Notes under the pieces: model-generated | The model's input: only the letters and a program-made list of their open reading frames with translations | The model's database searches: none | What the model was told of the DNA's origin: nothing | Shown here: one piece after another, positions 23,407-27,621 of the stretch | Numbering within the stretch: the first letter of the stretch is position 1 | Layout: each line of letters starts with the position of its first letter | Virus record (IMG/VR): IMGVR_UViG_3300010367_000012 | Location: 84,856 to 112,476 of that record | Strand: one strand, 5' to 3' | Source: a virus | DNA length: 27,621 nt | Position numbers and translations under genes: made by a program

Positions 23407-23838
23407 TTGTCATCCCAATACACAGATAGATTTCTAAAGACCTTTCCAGGTTCCCAAGTTCCTCTGCTTTTCGAGCAGATGAATAAGGTTCAGGAAAAGG
23501 AGACTGAGAAGTGGGATGACAAGCCGTTCGTCTTTCTGGTCGGTGGAAAGGAAACAGAATTCTTTTCCATCGGCCAGTTGGGCAAGGCACTTGGCAACAG
23601 ATCAGCAGTGACCTTGCGCAAGTGGGAACGAGAGGGTATCCTACCTAAGTCGCCGTACACGAAGCCTTCAGATGATCCACGGGGTAGACGAAGAATGTAC
23701 ACCCGTGGTATGGTTGAGGGACTAGTCAAGATCGCAAAGGAAGAAGGAATATGGCTGCCAGACAAAGGCAAACGTCTGTCGGAGACGATGTTCCAGCAGA
23801 AAGCAGTGAGACTGTTTCAGATGCTGTTGCAACAGTGA
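23407..23838 (+). CDS. MerR-like helix-turn-helix DNA-binding protein
   Basis: FSIGQLGKALG.RSAVTLRKWEREGILP...RRMYT. The start is uncertain. Confidence 0.8.
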   Translation: MSSQYTDRFLKTFPGSQVPLLFEQMNKVQEKETEKWDDKPFVFLVGGKETEFFSIGQLGKALGNRSAVTLRKWEREGILPKSPYTKPSDDPRGRRRMYTRGMVEGLVKIAKEEGIWLPDKGKRLSETMFQQKAVRLFQMLLQQ

Positions 23839-24101
23839 TCCCGCTGGACAAGGTGACAATGTCACCACAGGGTGATATGATCGAGATCACCTACTCAAGG
23901 AGCTGGGAACTTGCCGTAGTACAGTACGAGAAGATGGCACTGTTCACCAGCATTAAGAAGGTAGTACCCGCTGATTCGGATCTCAGTGCAGTCGGAGAGG
24001 AAATCTCTGATATGCTCAACGAGATTCAGGGCGCAGACCTTACATGGGCTCGCTCAATGACGAGTAACAAGGGTTCGCTCATTACTCGTGTACTTCCGTA
24101 A
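23835..24101 (+). CDS. hypothetical protein
   Basis: GTGA-overlap start at 23835, 88 aa. Confidence 0.65.
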   Translation: MIPLDKVTMSPQGDMIEITYSRSWELAVVQYEKMALFTSIKKVVPADSDLSAVGEEISDMLNEIQGADLTWARSMTSNKGSLITRVLP

Positions 24102-24149
24102 TAAACCTTTCTAATATGCCTGAGCGCATTCTAATAAGGAGACCATTTA

Positions 24150-24872
24150 ATGGCTAAGATTTCCCGTACTCGCGTTACTGATGCTGACACTTCCAACATG
24201 GACATGCCGCACGATGTTGAGGCTGCTTCCTACGCTAAGGAAGAGCAGGAAGAGGCTCCCGCTCCGCGCGTGACCCGTACTGCTGTCAGCTCTGGTTGGG
24301 GTGCTAAGCAGGAAGAGCGCACTGAGACTGTCAAGGCTCCTGTCCTTAAGCTGAAGGACAATGGCACTCGTGTGATCAAGGTTCTTGACGCTGCTCCGCC
24401 TGTCAAGTACAAGCGTCACTATGTCAACTCCAAGAACCGTTACTACACTTGCACTCAGAACCAGTGCCCGCTTTGCCAGGCTGGTGTTCGTGCATCCTGG
24501 ACGTTCGTTATGAACGTGGTTGACCTTATCGATGATCCTTCTGAGGTCAAGACTTGGACGTTCGGCACCGAGGTTTCTTCTCAGCTTCAGGACATCGCTG
24601 AGAACAAGGCTGAGCTTGACGCAACGAACACTTACTTTGAGGTTCGTCACGTGAAGGTTGCTGGTCGTTCCGCTCCTTCTACCAGCGTGAGCTACCTTCG
24701 TGCTCGTGACCTGATGGACGATCACTCTCTTGAGCCTCTTAACGAGGATGAGATCCTTGAGCTTAACGAGGATCGATACGGCGCAGAGGTTGTCTACATC
24801 AACACTGCTGACTACCTTGAGGACGTTGCATCTGAGGTTCTTCCTGGGGACCTTCCGCAGAAGCGCAAGTAA
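24150..24872 (+). CDS. single-stranded DNA-binding protein (gp32-like)
   Basis: LKLKD...IKVL...Y..H...YTC....CPLC (Zn site), upstream of the DNA polymerase, acidic, highly biased codons, SD AAGGAG. Confidence 0.75.
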   Translation: MAKISRTRVTDADTSNMDMPHDVEAASYAKEEQEEAPAPRVTRTAVSSGWGAKQEERTETVKAPVLKLKDNGTRVIKVLDAAPPVKYKRHYVNSKNRYYTCTQNQCPLCQAGVRASWTFVMNVVDLIDDPSEVKTWTFGTEVSSQLQDIAENKAELDATNTYFEVRHVKVAGRSAPSTSVSYLRARDLMDDHSLEPLNEDEILELNEDRYGAEVVYINTADYLEDVASEVLPGDLPQKRK

Positions 24873-24875
24873 GTA

Positions 24876-24904
24876 TTGACCTTGAAGCCCTGTCCTGATA
24901 GATT
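24876..24904 (+). promoter_or_regulatory. putative sigma70/HrdB-type promoter for the polymerase operon
   Basis: TTGACC (24876-24881), 17 nt, then TAGATT (24899-24904). Confidence 0.65.
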
Positions 24905-24930
24905 AACTTCTGTCGGGGCAGGGCTTCTTT
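24884..24930 (+). terminator. intrinsic terminator after the SSB gene
   Basis: 19-bp stem GAAGCCCTGTCCTGATAGA/TCTGTCGGGGCAGGGCTTC with three U-G pairs, followed by TTTACTT. Confidence 0.75.
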
Positions 24931-24944
24931 ACTTAGGAGGAATG

Positions 24945-25214
24945 ATGGAAGACATGCCAGACGGAATCTGGATGATCAGGCACTACACGTACGATGGATG
25001 TAGCCGACATGATCAGTATGATGTACAGTTTGCCTGGACTCACGAGATCGCAATGGGCAAGCTGAAGGCGTGGGAAAAGAAGGGTCACTTTGACGACTAC
25101 GAATGGGAGCACTGGGATTCCCTTGACGATATGGTTCTTCTGAAAAGGGAGGGTCAATACGGTTACGACTATTACTACATTCAGTTCATGGCTCCTGGAG
25201 AGGATATCGATTAA
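24945..25214 (+). CDS. hypothetical protein
   Basis: ATG (24942 or 24945) after AGGAGG. Aromatic and acidic, TAATG-coupled to the polymerase. Confidence 0.75.
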   Translation: MEDMPDGIWMIRHYTYDGCSRHDQYDVQFAWTHEIAMGKLKAWEKKGHFDDYEWEHWDSLDDMVLLKREGQYGYDYYYIQFMAPGEDID

Positions 25215-27253
25215 TGGAAGGTGTAATCCTTACTGAGGAACAACTCAGAAAGGAAGTAGCTTACTTCCTGAAGCAAGATGCCTTTGCTTGGGACACTGAG
25301 ACTATGGATGGTGCTCTTCCTGACACAAGAGGAGTACCAACACAGAACACAGTAGTCTGGATTTCCATGGCTACTCATGGTCGGACCATTGTTATCCCTA
25401 TTGGTCATCCGAATGGGGATGTCCTTCTTCGAAAGGCATTCAAGAAGAAGAATCCAGAGACAAAGAAGTTCGAGAACTTCCCGCCTCTCTACAATGAAGC
25501 ACCACAGCAGCTAAAGCCTAGCATTGTATTCGAAATCCTTCGTCCTCTGTTCTTCAACAAGAGGATTAAGAAGATCGCGCACAATGCTACGTTCGACTTC
25601 ATCTCAGTGGAAAAGTATTTCGGTGCTATCCCTTCCGCTCCTATGGAAGACAGCATTGTATTCCAGTGGCTGTTGGATGAGAACATTGGTCAGATGGCTG
25701 CTGGACCTAAGCGGCCTATGGGTAAGGGTCTCAAGCTGCTGACTAAGTGGTACTACGCGGTTGACTACGACAAGGAGGAAGTTGGAAAGCGCATTGAACT
25801 CCATCCTTTCTCCAAGGTAGCCCGATACGCCCTGCTTGACGCTCGGTACACGTGGCTGCTGTGGAAGCGGTTCTCTAAGGGGCTCCTAGAAGAGGAGCTA
25901 TGGCCCATTGCAGCGCTTGAGAACAGCGTGACGGAAGTCTGCTCACACATGGGTCTGATAGGCGCTCCTGTGGACGTACAGGCGATTGAGGAACTGAAGG
26001 TAGACCTCACTCGCAGACTGGAAGTGATCGAAGCAAAGATCTACCGTGCTGCTGGTAGAGTATTCAACATTAACTCTAATCCACAGAAACGTGAGATCCT
26101 TTTCGGTTATAAAAAGGATGGTGGACAAGCACTAAAGCCTCTCAGGTTCTCCAAAAAGACTGGAGATCCGTCTACAGATGGTGAAACTCTTGCGAAGTAC
26201 GCTGGCAATCCAGTAGTAGATGCTCTCCTGGAATATCAGGAAGTCTCTAAGATCCTCAATACATATGTCATCGGTTATATTGGCGATGAGGAGAATGGAA
26301 AGCCCTGTCGTATCTTCAATGGACGAATTCATACAGATCTTGTTCAGTATGGTACGGTTACAGGTCGATTCTCTTCACGAGAGCCGAACCTTCAGAACAT
26401 TCCCAGACCTGATACAGATTTGGGTAAGAAGATCCGTGGTCTATTCATGGCTCCGCCTGGATATCGACTCCTTGTAGCTGACTATGGTCAGATGGAGCTG
26501 CGTATTCTGGCATCTATGATTGGCTATGGTGGTCTGTACGACGGTTTCCAGGCAGGAATTGACGCGCACACTCAGACAGCCGCTCTGGTTTACGGTGTGC
26601 CTGTTGAAGAAGTTCAGAAATGGCAGCGTAGTGCGGCCAAGACTCTGAACTTCGCTATTGTTTATGGAGCACAAAAGGATAAGGTTGCAAAGACTCTTAA
26701 CATTACAGTTGAGGAAGCTGAGCAACTGCTTGCAGATCACCGTAAGGCATTCCCTGAGATCTACCAGTTCAAGGATTACATTCTCAAGCTAGCCAAGAGC
26801 CGTAAGGAAGATCCTTATATCCGTACGCTCATGGGGCGTAAGCGTCGCGTGTGGGAAGTCCTTCCGCACATTGCTAAGCGTGAAGCTCCTAAGCTGGAGT
26901 GGTACAATCCTGAGCAGCCGTGGAGAGCCGAGCGTTCTATTCTCGCAAGAGGAGAACGTCAGGTTGTCAACAGCCTGGTACAGGGATCTCTTGGTGACAT
27001 CATCAAGTTTGCAATGGTACGGATGCATGAGCTAACATCAAAGGACGCACTAAATAATCCTGGAAGAGAAATCCAGATGATTCTTTCTGTGCATGATGAG
27101 CTTGTCATTCTCTGCCCTGAAGACAGAGTTGAGGAAGGGAAGGTAATGCTGAAAATAGCCATGCTCGGTAAGGAAGTACAGGATCTACTCAAGGTCCCTC
27201 TGGACGTCGGTGATGTTACTGTCTGCCAGAGATGGTCAGAAGCGAAGGAATGA
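25214..27253 (+). CDS. polA: DNA polymerase, family A (3'-5' exonuclease plus polymerase)
   Basis: Exo motifs DTET, HNATFD and YA..DA; TVTGRFSS..PNLQNIP; motif A ADYGQMELR; motif B R..AKTLNFAIVYG; motif C VHDEL. Confidence 0.95.
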   Translation: MEGVILTEEQLRKEVAYFLKQDAFAWDTETMDGALPDTRGVPTQNTVVWISMATHGRTIVIPIGHPNGDVLLRKAFKKKNPETKKFENFPPLYNEAPQQLKPSIVFEILRPLFFNKRIKKIAHNATFDFISVEKYFGAIPSAPMEDSIVFQWLLDENIGQMAAGPKRPMGKGLKLLTKWYYAVDYDKEEVGKRIELHPFSKVARYALLDARYTWLLWKRFSKGLLEEELWPIAALENSVTEVCSHMGLIGAPVDVQAIEELKVDLTRRLEVIEAKIYRAAGRVFNINSNPQKREILFGYKKDGGQALKPLRFSKKTGDPSTDGETLAKYAGNPVVDALLEYQEVSKILNTYVIGYIGDEENGKPCRIFNGRIHTDLVQYGTVTGRFSSREPNLQNIPRPDTDLGKKIRGLFMAPPGYRLLVADYGQMELRILASMIGYGGLYDGFQAGIDAHTQTAALVYGVPVEEVQKWQRSAAKTLNFAIVYGAQKDKVAKTLNITVEEAEQLLADHRKAFPEIYQFKDYILKLAKSRKEDPYIRTLMGRKRRVWEVLPHIAKREAPKLEWYNPEQPWRAERSILARGERQVVNSLVQGSLGDIIKFAMVRMHELTSKDALNNPGREIQMILSVHDELVILCPEDRVEEGKVMLKIAMLGKEVQDLLKVPLDVGDVTVCQRWSEAKE

Positions 27254-27621
27254 ATGATCGATCCATTTGAAGACGTGTCGCCTGTCGCACCTATTGACCC
27301 GTGGCAGGCGCTCACTACAGAGCTATCCCGTTCGATGATGTGGGACATGATTGGCCCCAATCGAATGAAGAACGAGCCTGAGAAGTATGGGCAACATCCT
27401 GCGAGCCTTGATGTCCTTGAAGCTGAGGGCAAAGAGATGTTTGCACGCAAGCATTCCATGTTGCCCTTTGGTATGGACTTCTCATTGCTTTGTTATATGG
27501 CAGCCGAGTCAGCATCAGTGGCACTCATTAGAAATGATGAGATGCTAGTTGATTTACCTGATGAAGAAAAGCTCAAATTTAGAATTCACAATGTGAAATT
27601 GGGAACAGCTATTGCAGAAAC
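27254..27621 (+). CDS. hypothetical protein (3' truncated; not in ORF track)
   Basis: ATG at 27254 after AAGGA. MIDPFEDVSPVAPIDPWQALTTELSRSMMWD... stays open to the window end. Confidence 0.7.
   Translation, partial: MIDPFEDVSPVAPIDPWQALTTELSRSMMWDMIGPNRMKNEPEKYGQHPASLDVLEAEGKEMFARKHSMLPFGMDFSLLCYMAAESASVALIRNDEMLVDLPDEEKLKFRIHNVKLGTAIAE

Noticed and set aside
24147-24725. 192-aa minus-strand ORF
   Set aside because: It is an in-register antisense shadow of the SSB gene.
24876-24941. N-terminal extension of the 24876 ORF (TTG start)
   Set aside because: This stretch is the promoter/terminator element. The real start follows the AGGAGG SD at 24942/24945.
1-27621. Genome-wide stop-codon reassignment
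   Set aside because: TGA, TAG and TAA all terminate genes at exact overlaps with downstream starts, and all long genes are intact in the standard code. Only one internal TGA was seen.
1-27621. tRNA genes, CRISPR arrays, introns/inteins, integrase or transposase
   Set aside because: Intergenic gaps are too short and show no cloverleaf or repeat-spacer pattern. Polymerase and helicases are of normal length without intein motifs, and no recombinase motifs were seen.

Overview
This window is part of a tailed dsDNA phage genome with every credible gene on the + strand and frequent TAATG/ATGA/GTGA start-stop overlaps. Positions 1-10509 hold the distal late operon of a contractile-tailed (myovirus-type) phage: probable tape-measure C-terminus, tube initiator, LysM/gpX, hub, spike, gp25, baseplate J and carbohydrate-binding wedge/fibre proteins. 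It ends at a perfect 17-bp bidirectional hairpin. Positions 10648-27621 are an early/middle replication region: DUF3310 protein, DnaC-like loader, T4 PseT-like polynucleotide kinase/phosphatase, DnaB-like helicase, primase, SNF2-like helicase, MerR-like HTH protein, gp32-like SSB and family A DNA polymerase, interspersed with many small hypothetical genes. The gene order, tail-protein motifs and TTGAC(A/C/G)-N17-TANNNT promoters suggest an actinobacterial, probably Streptomyces, myovirus. That is an inference, and GC is only roughly 45-50% by eye. Points most worth following up: (1) four CBM5/12-like chitin-binding repeats in the baseplate wedge; (2) a spike OB-fold fused to a receptor-binding-type head instead of a beta-helix; (3) a small gene broken by a single in-frame TGA; (4) non-canonical Walker A motifs in both the helicase and its loader; (5) a promoter embedded in a terminator hairpin; (6) a leftward promoter firing into the late terminator; (7) a metallothionein-like 28-aa ORF within a Cys/His-rich cluster; (8) a DUF6915-like gene pair; (9) gene-specific TTA/CTA codon partitioning. 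No database searches were run, so family assignments come from motif recognition only.
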